A stretch of 64,000 nucleotides of DNA from Octopus vulgaris. Its lineage: Eukaryota. Positions 1 through 12,960 of this stretch are shown in pieces (position 1 is the first letter of the stretch; each line of letters begins with the position of its first letter). The notes under the pieces were generated by a model that was not told the DNA's origin, made no database searches, and saw only the letters and a list, made by a program, of their open reading frames with translations. The stretch spans positions 113,212,001 through 113,276,000 of the forward strand of contig OX597818.1 in assembly GCA_951406725.2 (NCBI GenBank), in the 5' to 3' direction. The translations under genes and the position numbers were made by a program.

Positions 1-1510
1 TATCATTTTGGTTGCAATCTTGATAGTATTATTAATAAATTACGGCTCTCAACATCCCGTATTCTTTCGTACAATTTGCTCAGTCAGCAAAACTATTTTG
101 GTAGAATAACAATTACTGAACTTTTAAAAAATGAAATAAAATTATTAGAAATAAACTTTTTTTCTCTCCATAAGATTACAGTTTTTTTAATGAGTTGAAT
201 AAAAACGAAATTGTCGCCGATTGTCCTTTGTTTGAGATTTATTGAACAACATTAGCAAAGACACACTTTGTAAAATGAGGACGGAACTAAAAGAATAATT
301 ATTGGGTTGTCCGAACGAAGAAATCAAGTGGATATTTGATGTTAGTTATTGAAGTGTGCACGATATAATGAAGCCATGCGTATTAATATCAAACACGCAA
401 TGAATAATAGCGAACGTACAGATACTAACTTGTCGACAGCTAATTATTATACATAAAGAACACAGACTATGTATTTCTTTCGAATGAATCGAAACGCTAA
501 TGTTTTAGATTTAGCTGTCTGAAAGTGAGATTGATGGACACCGCTTCTAATCATCTACCCCATATGATTGCTAGATCTATGTTATTGATTCATTTCAATA
601 ACTTATCTCACGTGTCTGTAAACAATTAAACCAAAAAATATAAAACTAAAACAGTAAAGATTGATGTTTGTAGCCACGTTCACAGTTTTTTTTTATTGAC
701 CAATTTCTACCATTTTCCGGCAAGTCAATAAATATTTATCCTTTCCAGCACATTACTACAATTCCTTCTATGACCAATCTGTCGAAATGTGCGGTGAAGG
801 ATTTAAGTAAGTAAAGAATAACATATTATGAAAATGGGGCATGTGTTACGCTACATAGCATGGAACTGGCGTATAAAACAATCAGAATAGAAAATTCTTT
901 CATAAAATCGTTGAAGCTTACTATAGGAAGCTTTATCTATCCGAGCACAAATCAGAAGATATGCTTGGTGCCTTCTGGATGAATGTAGAAGACTTGTGCC
1001 ATTTTCACTGTGACTTCAAAAGAACGACCTGCCAAATATAGTAGGAAAATAAGCTTCCAAAAGTATCCGATATCATTCGAGGAAATCCATTTGGCTGGGC
1101 TGGTTGGCAGCTAATAAGCAAAGATATGGTCATAATTACATTTGTTACATATATAAGACAGTTAACACATGATACTTTACGTCACCAAACTGATTTATCT
1201 TACACCACAGAGGATTATAGAGAAATGGACATGGAAATAAATGCGAATTGAAATAAGCTGGAACTGAAAAGATGATAATGAAGTATTCATGTGAAAGATC
1301 CGTTTGATTGCAAGTCGACTTTTACTGCTGAAACTGTTTGAATTGGAACATAAACATGCTTCAGCACTAATCCTAAGATTTTAGCCTGTCCTATCCAGTC
1401 ACAAAATAAATTTTATTGTTCTGACACCGATTCTACCAATCTCTTTCGGTCGAACCGCTATTTTATGCAGTCTTTCATCTATATGTGTATGTGTGTGTGC
1501 TCGTATATAC

Positions 1511-1861
1511 ATTATTTACATTATTTACATTTGGCAGATATTCGTTCTCATCTTGTTTGTTGTTAGCACAACATTTTGGCTGATATCCCCTCCAGCCTTC
1601 ATCAGGTGTCTTGGGGAAATTTCGAACCTGGGTTCTCATTCCTAAGGTATTTTAGATGTTATTATTATTGTTAATATTATTAATATTGAAGTCACATCGA
1701 AAAATACCTCAGGAATGAGAACCCACGTTCGAAATTTCCCCAAGACACCTGATGAAGGCTGGTGGGTACATCGGCCGAAACGTTATGTTAACAACAAACA
1801 AGATGAGGACACATATCCGCCAAATGTAAATAATGTACACAATGCTTCATCTCTTAAATAT
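1511..1861. mobile_element. Fold-back insertion of HHR-SINE family A, tRNA heads deleted (arms ~1517-1660 and ~1695-1837)
   Basis: The left arm is the reverse complement of the right (cttggggaaatttcgaacctgggttctcattcct vs aggaatgagaacccacgttcgaaatttccccaag). Same family as 16885-17407. Confidence 0.9.
1744..1789 (+). ncRNA. Minimal type I hammerhead ribozyme, family A
   Basis: gacac-CTGATGA-a-GGCTG..CGGCC-GAAA-CG-TT-atgtt. Core intact; first stem I pair mismatched. The mirror copy at 1565-1610 (-) has GAAA changed to AAAA and is probably inactive. Confidence 0.75.
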
Positions 1862-1966
1862 CCAATTGTATGCTCTTATATGTTTGTATATACTGAATTT
1901 AAAAAAAGAAAAAAATCTGCGCATATGATGCCACTCTATTTGTATCAAGGTGACATCATTACTTTA

Positions 1967-2270
1967 ATAACACCAGCCTGCACGTGAAATTAACGTGCAA
2001 GGCTCCAAAGACACGTGTACCCTTAACGTAGTTCTTGGAGATTCAGCGTGACACAGAGTGTGACAAGGCAGGCCCTTTGAAATACAGGTACAACAGAACA
2101 AGTGGGAGAAAGTTGTAGTAAAAGAGTACAGAAAAGTTCACCTGCCGGAGCTTCGTGGAGCTTTAGGTGTTTTCGCTCAATAAATACTCACTACGCCTAG
2201 CCTGGGAACCGATACGGCGATCCTATGACCGCGAGTCCGCTGCCCTGACCACTGGGCCATTGCACATCCA
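1967..2270 (-). mobile_element. tRNA-derived SINE, family S2
   Basis: Minus-strand head TGGCCCAGTGGTCAGGGCAGCGGACTCGCGG (A box); homologous to 13310-13506 and 59402-59630. Confidence 0.85.
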
Positions 2271-2678
2271 CACACAATTGTATACATTATTAATATATGT
2301 TTTTTTTTCCATACAGTGCAAAATTTTATTTTCGTATTTGTAACAATTATATTTTATTCAATTACGAAGTTGCTTCTACCTTCTTAGTAATTGAATAAGA
2401 AATTATACCGAATAAACAAATGAGCAGTATACTTTGGAGATTAAATAAAATGTAAACAAACATATAATTACGCCGTAATCGCATTAATAAAACATAGTTA
2501 TTTGACACTAATCATTAGACTTTTTGCTTTAATAAGACTGGTTTGCATCCATTACATTGCCAAATATGTTGAAATATTTCCTCGTTTATAAATGATTATA
2601 GGAAGTATATTGTGTGCGTGCGTGCGCACATATGTGTAAGCACACGTATGCTTCAAAGGGGGGACCGTGTGAGAATTC

Positions 2679-3120
2679 CAACTTTCGGCCTGCGACCTTC
2701 GTCAGGTGATGCAATTTTCGGGTTTATTTCTGCTTTACTTAGACTTCGGTTAGTTATTTATCTGGGACATGTACAGTTATGTGAAATTGGGTTTGGAAAT
2801 AGATATTTAGAAAGTGAGATAGACGAAATTCTCATACAAAAGAAAACATAATCTCTCTTCTGGGGTTGCTAAGCAAGATTTTTTTCAATAAATCAGAAAT
2901 AGGGACGTGCAGGAATATATTTATATGAATATATGTACGGGTGTAATACGCACACCAGCTTATAACGTGGACACACACTAGAAAAATATTTAACTTTTGT
3001 TTTGAAGGACGGTTTTTGTTTTTCTTTGCAGCAATTTCTGGTCATCTGTAATATCTCACAGGGAAAAATATTAGACATTTTTCATAACAGCCTATCTTGT
3101 TAGGCTTGAAAGAGGGACCC
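2679..3120 (-). pseudogene. Probable Penelope-like 3' relic with degenerate HHR (family F) at 2679-2708
   Basis: Minus strand cac-CTGACGA-a-GGTC gca GGCC-GAAA. Upstream broken frames (GPSFKPNKIGCYEKCLI...SSVCP) weakly resemble the C-terminus of Penelope ORFs. Confidence 0.45.
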
Positions 3121-3122
3121 TT

Positions 3123-3332
3123 TTATTCTTTTCTACTCTAGGCACAAGGCCCGAAATTTTTGAGGAGGGAGCCACTCGATTAGATCGACCCCAGTACGCA
3201 ATTGGTACTTTATTTATCGACTCCAAAATGATGAAAGGCAAAGTCGACCTCGGCTGAATTTGTACTGAGAACGTAAAGCCAGATGAAATAACGCTAAGCA
3301 TTTCGCCCAGCGTGTTAACATTTCTCTCAGTT
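3123..3332 (-). mobile_element. tRNA-derived SINE, family S1
   Basis: Body atgaaaggcaaagtcgacctcgg...gaaata..gctaagcatttcgccc, repeated about 12 times in the window. Confidence 0.9.
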
Positions 3333-3601
3333 GAAAGCCTTTATGTACCAACACACATTTATATAATATGCATCAACACGGAAACAGATCACCATATGTA
3401 GATTTGAATTGTACACGACGAGACGACGAAAGTATTAACACGGCCGACGCTGAAAGTAACTATATTACATACACACAAACGTACATAGAGAAACATGCGT
3501 ACAACACACACACACATTTACATGTGTATATATTACATGTGTATATCTCTTACATATATATCAAAAAAGTGAAAATAGAAAATGCTAAAATAATTTTAAC
3601 A

Positions 3602-3643
3602 TTTCAGTACCGGTTTCAGTGATTGTGACTTTTTCAACTGAAA
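3602..3643 (-). ncRNA. Minimal hammerhead ribozyme with U3-A8 variant core, family C
   Basis: Minus strand TTTCAG-TTGAAAA-AGTcacaatcACT-GAAA-CCGG-TA-CTGAAA: 6-bp stem I, palindromic stem III, C3-G8 replaced by U3-A8. Confidence 0.75.
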
Positions 3644-3786
3644 AATTGAAAGTAAAGTTTTTTTAAAAGAATATTTGCATTGTGTTCATATCCAAAAAGC
3701 ATTCCTTGTTTCTGCCTCTCTCTGCCTCCCTTGTTTACTCTTGTTGTTTCGGGATCATTGTGAATTCTTAGTAGGGAAGAAGAACA

Positions 3787-3789
<3 letters not shown>

Positions 3790-3829
<40 letters not shown>

Positions 3830-3935
3830 TGTATGTTTATACATATGCATATATATATATATATATATGTATATTCATGTATGTTTATACATATGCATAT
3901 ATATATATATATATTCATGTATGTTTATACATATG

Positions 3936-3971
<36 letters not shown>

Positions 3972-4037
3972 TGTATGTTTATACATATGCATATATATAT
4001 ATATATATATATATATTCATGTATGTTTATACATATG

Positions 4038-4076
<39 letters not shown>

Positions 4077-4182
4077 TGTATGTTTATACATATGCATATA
4101 TATATATATATATATATTCATGTATGTTTATACATATGCATATATATATATATATATATATTCATGTATGTTTATACATATG

Positions 4183-4216
<34 letters not shown>

Positions 4217-4288
4217 TGTATGTTTATACATATGCTTATATATATATATATTCATGTATGTTTATACATATGCTTATATATATATATA
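3790..4288. repeat. Compound minisatellite: 10 copies of ttcatgtatgtttatacatatgc separated by variable (TA)n
   Basis: Units counted directly. Confidence 0.95.
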
Positions 4289-4290
4289 CT

Positions 4291-4850
4291 TTAATTGCCG
4301 AAGCATATAAGAGTCAGAAATTCTTAATGCCGTATGAAGTGCACAATATATAGACACAGAAAAGGGATATAAGCGCCCCATGAATGACTCCACAGATCAG
4401 TGGATTAGACAAGATTCGCCTATCAGTCGTACGCTCGTCAGCAGTAACTACTCGGTCGTTCTATGATTTGGCTACACTGGACTGTCGTGTATATGTATTT
4501 ACCATATAATATTTTGCTGACTTAGCGAAATACTTATGTGTAAATTAAAAATTGATATGAACATATAGGCGCAATATAGAACGAACAATAAAAGCTTCAA
4601 TCGTTTTCCTTTTTCGCTTTATATTGCGCCTAGTTTTTTTTATATTAATTTTTTATATACACATTATGGTTTCGCTAAATCAGCCATAAATTAACATGGT
4701 AAATATATCTACTGACAGTCCAGTGTAGCCAAATCATAGAGCAATTGAGTAGGCACTGCGGACGAGCTTTCAACTGAAGGGGGAGACTAGTGTAATCCAG
4801 TGATCTCCAAAGTCATTTATGGGGTGGACATATATTCTCGTCAGTGTATG

Positions 4851-4890
<40 letters not shown>

Positions 4891-4955
4891 CGTGCACTTC
4901 ATACAGCATTAAGAATTTCTGACTTTTACTGCTTTCAATATATGTTTCGGCGATT

Positions 4956-4957
<2 letters not shown>
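4291..4957. mobile_element. Old, diverged fold-back element centred near 4595, with degenerate HHR family B in each arm (4398-4446 -, 4754-4802 +)
   Basis: ctatgatttggctacactggactgtc pairs with gacagtccagtgtagccaaatcatag; taggcgcaatata pairs with tatattgcgccta. Flanked by (TA)n. Confidence 0.85.
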
Positions 4958-4959
<2 letters not shown>

Positions 4960-5002
<43 letters not shown>

Positions 5003-5363
5003 ATGTATATATGTATATGTATATATGTATATGTATATATGTATATGTATGTATGTATGTATGTATATATATATGTATATATGTATGTATATGCATATAT
5101 GTATATATGTATGTATATATATATATGTATATATGTATGTATATATATACATGTATATATGTATGTATATATATATGTATGTATATATATATGTATGTAT
5201 ATATATATGTATGTATATATATATGTATGTATATATATATGTATGTATATATATATGTATGTATATATATATGTATGTATATATGTATGTATGTATATAT
5301 GTATGTATATATATATGTATGTATGTATATATATATATATGTATGTATATATATATATATATG

Positions 5364-5439
<76 letters not shown>
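4960..5439. repeat. (TA)n/(TATG)n/(GA)n microsatellite block
   Basis: Seen directly. Confidence 0.95.
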
Positions 5440-5443
<4 letters not shown>

Positions 5444-5600
5444 TGCTAAAATAATTTTATAAAAAGCACTTCAGTACCGGTGGTTTCAGTCATTGAGTCT
5501 TTTTCAACAGTTGAAAAAGTCTCAATGATGGAACCGGTACTAAAGTGGGTTTTTTTATAAAATTATTTTAGCATTTTCTACCTTGACTTTTTCCATATAT
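5438..5600. mobile_element. Short fold-back of HHR family C (arms 5438-5508 and 5510-5579, plus a 3' extension)
   Basis: agaaaatgctaaaataattttataaaaa...ttcaac-a-gttgaa...tttttataaaattattttagcattttct; homologous to 3560-3645. Confidence 0.85.
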
Positions 5601-5631
5601 ATCAATTCGTGTGTTCCTTTTCAACCTTCTA

Positions 5632-5662
<31 letters not shown>

Positions 5663-6632
5663 GTGCATGAATTCGATTCCTGTATGTATGTGTGTAAGTG
5701 TGTCTGCTTGTGTGTGTGTGTGTGTGTGTGTGTATTTACATACACACGTATTTTCAGATAGATAGATAGAGAGAGAGAGAGATAGTTAGAGAGAGAGAAG
5801 ACAGAGAATTATCGAAGTTACTTTTTAGGTCTATTATGTTCTTCAGGGAAATTTTACAAGAACTCTTTCGTCTAGCGACACTAATGCCATCTAGTGGTTG
5901 ATCATATTCTGTATCAGAATACATTCAACAATACTCGTGTAATAAAAATATATTTTCATTTAATTACATTGAATGCTTACAATTAAACTTCAGTACTTGC
6001 AATTAAACCGTAATAGAATTAAACAAATGCAACAAACGCTAGGATAATTATCGCATCCGGAGCAGAACGGACAAATTACACTATATCAATAAAAAGGTAC
6101 ACAAAAACAACAAACAGAACAATATACGTAAAACAAGTTTGGAATCTGTTAATGATAATTAGAATAATTTCTCCCAGAAATGACAAAAGATTTTACGAGG
6201 AATGCGTTTTCAGTACTTCTGCATTCTACACCAAGTTTTCGATATTTTAGATCGCAAATCGAGCCGGTTTGTAATTTCCAATGTTCTTACTATGTATTTT
6301 ACGAAAGGTAAATGATGAAGTCCTCACAAATTAGGATCGATTGCCTAGTGTCGTTTCCCTGGCTTCCTTCAATTTGAATAGGCTGACCTGTTCAACGAAC
6401 GGGCAATGTCAATGTGTAGGTGAAGCCACTGAGTGAATTCAGTCAATGCATTCATTTAAAACGTTCCCCAGCCGTCGAATTTCCTCCGAATATCACCACG
6501 GCGGGAGCCGATGTAAGGGAGATAACCCTGTTCCGCCTCCAACACGGGCATTTATTTTTTTGTTTTCAAAGCAACTGACCATTATGTATTTTTTTCTCAA
6601 GTTGTAGAGAGGTTATGCGCTTTCAGTCATTT

Positions 6633-6692
6633 GAGTCTGACGAGTGGCCTATATTGCTAAGCGATTTATAGGTGCGAAACCAATGGTCACTC
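6633..6692 (+). ncRNA. Type I hammerhead ribozyme, family E, intact core
   Basis: GAGT-CTGACGA-GTG.CCTATA..TATAGG.TGC-GAAA-CCaatGG-TC-ACTC; predicted GUC cleavage after 6688. Confidence 0.85.
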
Positions 6693-7046
6693 TTAACTTA
6701 CTAAATATTTTTAAAATTCTTATTCACATTGAACATACCGGTCACCTCAGACACTCGGCGAAGAGCACCCTCGGAGGAACAGTGCGGGCCGAAACGACCG
6801 GGAGGTGGAGGTGATACCGCAACGCGAACGGCGACGCCCGACGGTGCCCGCCTCGTCGCTCCCACACCGACCTGCTGAAATATTTGATTGTGTCGTCCTT
6901 ATTTTTAGAAATGCAACCTGTATTTCTATCAAATTATATGTAACTGTTTATACATGCATAAATTCAACTGTGTCCGTTGTCCTCGTGAAGTGATGGTCCA
7001 CAGTCGAACTTATGGCCACAAGTGTCTCGCACCAACAACTAATATA

Positions 7047-7258
7047 CTTTTCTTCTCTACGAATAAGGCCCGTGATTTTTGGAGAGGGGGACAGTCGATT
7101 AGATCGACCCAAGTGCGCAACTGGTACTCAATTTATCGACCCCGAAAGGGTGAAAGGCAAAGTCTACCGCGCCGGAATTTGAACTCACAACGTAATGGCA
7201 GACGAAATACAGCTACGCATTTCGCCCGGCGTGCTAGCGTTTCTGCCAGCACGCCACC
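7047..7258 (-). mobile_element. SINE S1
   Basis: Homology to the other S1 copies. Confidence 0.9.
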
Positions 7259-8994
7259 TTGTGCCAGCTGCTAATATAAACTGCTTATTCATTAATCCTG
7301 CAGATTTCTTTCAGAAATGATTTCTTGTATTTACAAAAAATTCATTTCTATTCTATTTGACAATCGTTAAGAATTAAAACACTGATTGTGTTTTCATTTT
7401 CCAACATAATGTGGGGAAGTCTAATACATTAAGAATTTATAGTGTAAGTTATTTATTACATCAAACATTAGATTAATTTCCAGAACTGATACCATTGCAG
7501 ATTTCAGTTACATCACTTATCAGGTGTATTGTTTTCAACTTATTCATCCACAAATAAGTAACTCTATTGCAGTAAATATAAAACCTATGCAGTGTTCCGC
7601 AAGCTTCAGTACTTAGTATAAGTTGACTAATTCGGGTGAGATATATAACCATAGCTGCCATTTGCCTTCAGAAAATTATTAGGAATTCTTTTTGTTTTGA
7701 AGTTTTTCTATTTAAAAGTGAAATGGCCACAATTTGAAACTTTATTGCTCACTTCCTGCACTATATCACCCCTTAGTTTAATTATACAAACTCATAGAGT
7801 TAACCGCCGTTGTATTAGAGCGCCTTCATATGTATTTGTGTTTTATGTAAATTATCCTTATTCAAAATATATTCATAGCAGATTTAAACTATGTATAATG
7901 AATCAGAGCTTTTTTTTCCTATAGCTTGAAGATTACGAGGCCTAATTGCTTTTACAATATGCGCATTTCTTTTCTTTTTTTTTGCATATAAACAAACACC
8001 AGACCTTCATTTCCATACACATGTATATTAATTTAAAAATTAATTTTTACTCCCTTGTGTCAGTACAAATTTTCTTTGAGTATTGCTTACAATTAACGCT
8101 GGGTAATTGATTGTTTTGCCAGCTATAATTACATACAGCATTCACTATATCATTAGTTAACTTAGTTATGTTAATTCCTTCCACTGACCACACAAAATTA
8201 TTTCTTCTGGTCGTTTTCCTTTAATTTGCTTTATGATATTTGCATATTATTCTTGTCTGAAATACCCGTAACAATCATCTAAGTAAAATATTTACAGATT
8301 CCAATATTTAGCAGACTGTGATGTGGGCCTAATTTAAATAAACTTAGCCTTTACTCCATAATTGTCCTTACCAGCATGTGAACATCGGACTCTCATTTAT
8401 CTATATATGGAAATTTACTTTAGAAGTTTATTTTAAATTACGTAAAATTATCTTCCTTTACTTTCTTAGGGTGGCTCAAGACTCTTACACGTAATTCGAA
8501 TTACCGCTCGGATTTTAATTTCTATTTACAAGATTTCAGCAGACTGAGACTTTAGTGAAGAAACAATTCATTACAATACCGGATACTTTCAGCACCCCTT
8601 AATGAAATTATCAAAATTAAGTTTATTTATATGCTTGAGTGATATGCCTTAAATATATTTATCCTAAATATTCCAATTATATTTTGGCCAAAACTATATC
8701 AATTGTTTCCTATAACTCATTAGTATTCAATAATGGGCATTATTTCGGGCAGGTTCTGATTTTGCAAACAATGTTGCCACATTATTCTTTTCGGAAACAT
8801 GAAACTAAAATAAGAACTCTATTCTCTCATTTCCGCTAATTATTTTTCTACACTTTCAGAACCGATGTCTATTATGTGTAAAAAATTATTTTCAATTTTC
8901 AAATTAAAGATTATTTTGAATATATTACTAATTTCTATGTAAGTCACTCAATACATTTCTCCATGTAACTTTCAGTTTACATCTTACTTTTTTT

Positions 8995-9033
<39 letters not shown>

Positions 9034-9219
9034 TATAAAAGGGCTTAGTAAAATAAATTACTTTGCCACATACTGAACTCATTAGAAATAGTAGCTAAAA
9101 AAACTTTTTTAAAACTATTTCTAATACTTAAAGAAAATCTCTCTCATGTAGTGTTTGCTCAATTCAACTCACGAAAGTATGGGGTTAAAGACATTAAAAA
9201 ATCAAATGCAAAGGTTATT

Positions 9220-9271
9220 TGAGAACGTACGTTTCTAGATTAGTCAACTCGACATTTCTATCATCAGCTCA
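9220..9271 (-). ncRNA. Hammerhead ribozyme, family D (mirror copy)
   Basis: Exact reverse complement of 9389-9440. Confidence 0.85.
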
Positions 9272-9388
9272 GAACTCCTTGGTTTGGATTTGAAGATCTA
9301 CTCGAAACTAGCAGATCTTCAGAAGCGATAAGAAGCCGAAAGGGTATGCTCCCACTTTCAGTGTTTTCAAATCCAAACCAAGGAGTTC

Positions 9389-9440
9389 TGAGCTGATGAT
9401 AGAAATGTCGAGTTGACTAATCTAGAAACGTACGTTCTCA
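9389..9440 (+). ncRNA. Hammerhead ribozyme, family D, intact
   Basis: TGAG-CTGATGA-TAGA..GTC gagtt GAC..TCTA-GAAA-CGTACG-TT-CTCA; palindromic stem III. Confidence 0.88.
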
Positions 9441-9759
9441 AATAACCTTTGCATTTGATTTTTTAATGTCTTTACCCCCATACTTTCGTGAGTTGAATTG
9501 AGCAAACACTACATGAGAGAGATTTTTAAGTATTAGAAATAGTTTTTAAAAAGTTTTTTTAGCTACTATTTCTAATGAGTTCAGTATGTGGCAAAGTAAT
9601 TTATTTTACTAAGCCCTTTTATAAAATGTAATAATTTGAATTCGCCTTAAATGGTCCCTTTGCATACTGAATACTTGGTGAAATTGATTAATAATTAATT
9701 AATTTTACCCTCAATTGTTGAAATTATATATATATATATATATACTCCATTTCTTCAAT

Positions 9760-9814
<55 letters not shown>

Positions 9815-10905
9815 GCAACTTATCTCTACCAAATATGTACGTAATTATACTTCTCTATGTAAAACGAAATTCAGTCCTACATTGAAGTGACGTTGCCAAA
9901 CAGATCTGAACATTTTTCGTCTTAATTCATGTCTGTAAACAAAGATCAGACTCATTTTCCTTTAGTATAAAAATTTGATATTTAATTAAACATTAATTTC
10001 TTCAAAGTATTTCACAAGCACTTTGTGAGTCGCTACGGCTAGTCTTTGATTTTATTTCTATAACTGAAAATTTCAATGAAATAAGAATTTATGGCAGACG
10101 GCATTAAGTACATCATATTTTCATTGAAATAAGCATATTTTTCTGATGAATAAACGTATAATTACTGATTAGGAAGCTGCTGCAATCTGCACTAAACTAA
10201 CAAGACATCATACATGAAAATATATGCACCTATTTCCCCTCACTGGCAATTTTTTGTCTCTGTAAGCACGTAAATTTAGTCGAAAAATTAATTTCTATCT
10301 TCTTAAATAAACAGCTTTTCTAATATTTTTGACAGTAGCTAAAAAAAAGTGGAGGTCTTTGTATGACTCCGCTTTTGTAATTTAGATACGTATTTTAATG
10401 AATTTTAAAATTCATCAAAATACGAGATTGTTTCAATCATATGCACTCGTGTCTCTGGCTGCTTTTTTAATGTTTGTTCATTTTCGTCTTTCAGTTATTT
10501 AAATTATTGTTTAATAAATGTGACTGCATTTTTATTTCTGTATGCAATAGCTATACACACTGATTTTGAGGCAGAAAAACCACACGTACTAATCGGTCCG
10601 AATCATATCAACCACTGCATCAGCGAACTGTAAAGAACAATGATTTTTCTTAATTTATACTTACTGGAATTTCCCTAAACAAGTCACTTTACATGTAATT
10701 TCACTTTTTTTCTCTCTTGAAGGGTTTTGCAAACCTAAGATTTTGTTTCTTTTACAATTCTACAATTCACCGCGGAACTAGAATTTATTTCAGATTAATA
10801 TTGTTAATTCAATCATTGAAATCATGTCTTCAACGTTTACATCCACTTTCCTTCATAACATATAACTCGCAGAGCCTTACAGGTGTGTTTATAAAAATAT
10901 TTATC

Positions 10906-11020
<115 letters not shown>

Positions 11021-11178
11021 GATGGATGTATATAATAACTGCACATTTTTGATCAAATTTACATGCAAAATTCAAATGTTTAATAAAAAGTAACATCAGT
11101 ATAAGTCCCGTGTTGAATATATTAATATCAAACACGGAACTGAAATAGAAAGAAGTGAAATGCAAAGATAATTCTTAC

Positions 11179-11273
11179 CTGCAAATTCTGGGTCTTCCAC
11201 CCCATAAAGTGGCAAAATGACCTGAGATATTCATTAAACTCTTTAAATTGTCTTCCCTTTTCTCTAAATGTAT
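11179..11273 (-). CDS. Candidate host-gene exon, product unknown
   Basis: Strong donor CAG|GTAAGA. Acceptor AG gives an exon start at 11273 (alternatively 11221). Two frames are open. No homology recognised. Confidence 0.3.
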
Positions 11274-12053
11274 CTATCAATAAGATATCCGTTTTAGTTT
11301 TATTTGGCCAACTTAACAAGTATATCTGAAAGAAATGAGAATTGTGGTGTGCGAAATCCAGTAGTTCGCCTCTTAATTATTTACATTCATGTTGTAGTCT
11401 CTTTAATTTTAAGCATGCAAATTATTTTTCGTTTCATTTCTGTTATCTGTATTATTTCTCCCCCGCCATTTCATTTTTGTTTCTTAGAATTTCGGAAAGT
11501 GCTTTTGGCGGTGTAATATCACTAACTTACTTTCTTTTTAAAATGCCCACTATAGCGATTTTGCAGCATTGTGAAGAAGATGCTTTGCTGACTAGGTCAT
11601 ACACACAGACACCACTGCACTTGACTCCAGTCTACATCCAAATTCATACCAATTGCACCTTTGAGGTAGTCACAGTAGCTTCTATAATGCCAATAATATA
11701 TATCGTTTCTCTCATCCATCTCATTAAGCGCAAGAACACGATGTGTGCGGATTCATATGTACGAAGATATACAAACATAAAAAACACATGAAGAGCAGAA
11801 GCTCACATTGAATTTCAAATGCATAAATATATGCATGTAGGCATGTGCATATACGCTATAAATTTAGGTGTGTATATGTGCAAATCTGGGTATCTATGCA
11901 TACACATGTGTGCTTGTAGGTGTATATATATATATATATATATATATACGCGCATGCACATACAGAGAAAGAGAGAGATTCGGCAACGCAAACAGCTCTA
12001 TTTGTTATTTTTTATTTGCAACATCAACATTCTCTCTCTCTCTCTCTCTCTCT

Positions 12054-12089
<36 letters not shown>

Positions 12090-12449
12090 GTAAGGTAATA
12101 GTCTTTTGACGTCTATTTTTCACTGCGTGGTGAGGCACAAGCCAAGCCCTTGTTATATTTATGTATATAATTATAAAATATTTATATACATATGCATATT
12201 ATATATATATGTGTGTGTGTATGTATATATAATGATTGTGTGTGTGTGTATCCCTGTATTCATACATGCATGTTGGTAGGTAATAAGTTAGGAAGGCATG
12301 TAAATGCATTGTATACAACGAAATGCATATATATTCCGTAGTTCCTGCTCCTCTTTAAAATGCATCGACTCTAGGAAAGGAATCGGTCTATTTGAAATGT
12401 ACTAGTGTGAGTAAATGTTCATGCGTGTGTGCGTGTGCACATACAGTGA

Positions 12450-12960
12450 ACTCTCTTGTCGAAGATGACGTATGAGTCTCCAGTTAGAAGACAGGAAAAC
12501 CCCCAAGAAATAGACAGTCAACGATATACCCACATTCATCTGAGTCTTGATCAAAACGGCTTTTACAACGGGTGTTTCAGACATTTACAGGATATCGCTT
12601 TACTCCAACTGATCATCCCGCTCGACCTTGTTAATTAAGACATCTCATATGAATGCTGTTCAGCTGACTCATGTGCTTATACTAAGGTGTCCAGGCATCT
12701 GCTGCTCCATTTAAAATAGGTTTTAGTACAACTGACAGTCGCACCCCTATATTTGTACTAAGTGAGACACGATGATCATTCCATAGTCGATATTTAAGCT
12801 TTCTAAAGGTTATACTAGCGGGTGTACTGGCGGCTATAGTGACATTTCCAATCCAAGTTTGGACCTCCCTTAGGAGTCTAACCTCGGTTACTACAGTGGA
12901 ACCCAAATACGTGAATGCATCATCGCTTTACAGAGCTTTGCCTTCATCAAACACGTTGTG
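12450..12960 (-). pseudogene. RTE-clade LINE ORF2 C-terminal relic
   Basis: FTYLGSTV..EVQTWI..FRKLKYRLW..VSLST..VVLKPILNG..AWT..HMRCL matches the RTE post-RT pattern; contains stops. Confidence 0.75.

Larger units (their letters stand above)
9034..9725. mobile_element. Young fold-back Penelope-like insertion between (TA)n tracts (arms 9034-9294 and 9366-9623, 71-nt spacer, ~100-nt extension)
   Basis: Near-perfect ~260-bp inverted arms, each carrying an intact HHR. Confidence 0.9.

Noticed and set aside
299-365. Mariner TIR-like fragment (tattgggttgtccg)
   Set aside because: Too short, with no partner TIR or transposase in the window.
840-1300. Possible very old LINE-like relic (also unclassified stretches at 15400-16200 and 23400-23950)
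   Set aside because: Only faint or no peptide resemblance; cannot be supported without a search.
3790-4288. CRISPR-like repeat/spacer pattern (also 36826-37144 and 43038-43340)
   Set aside because: Spacers are simple (TA)n/(TG)n tracts, no cas genes, eukaryotic context.
3634-5462. Long YIYI/CVCV ORFs here and at 18107-19841, 25617-26010 and 43013-44195
   Set aside because: Translations of microsatellites, not genes.
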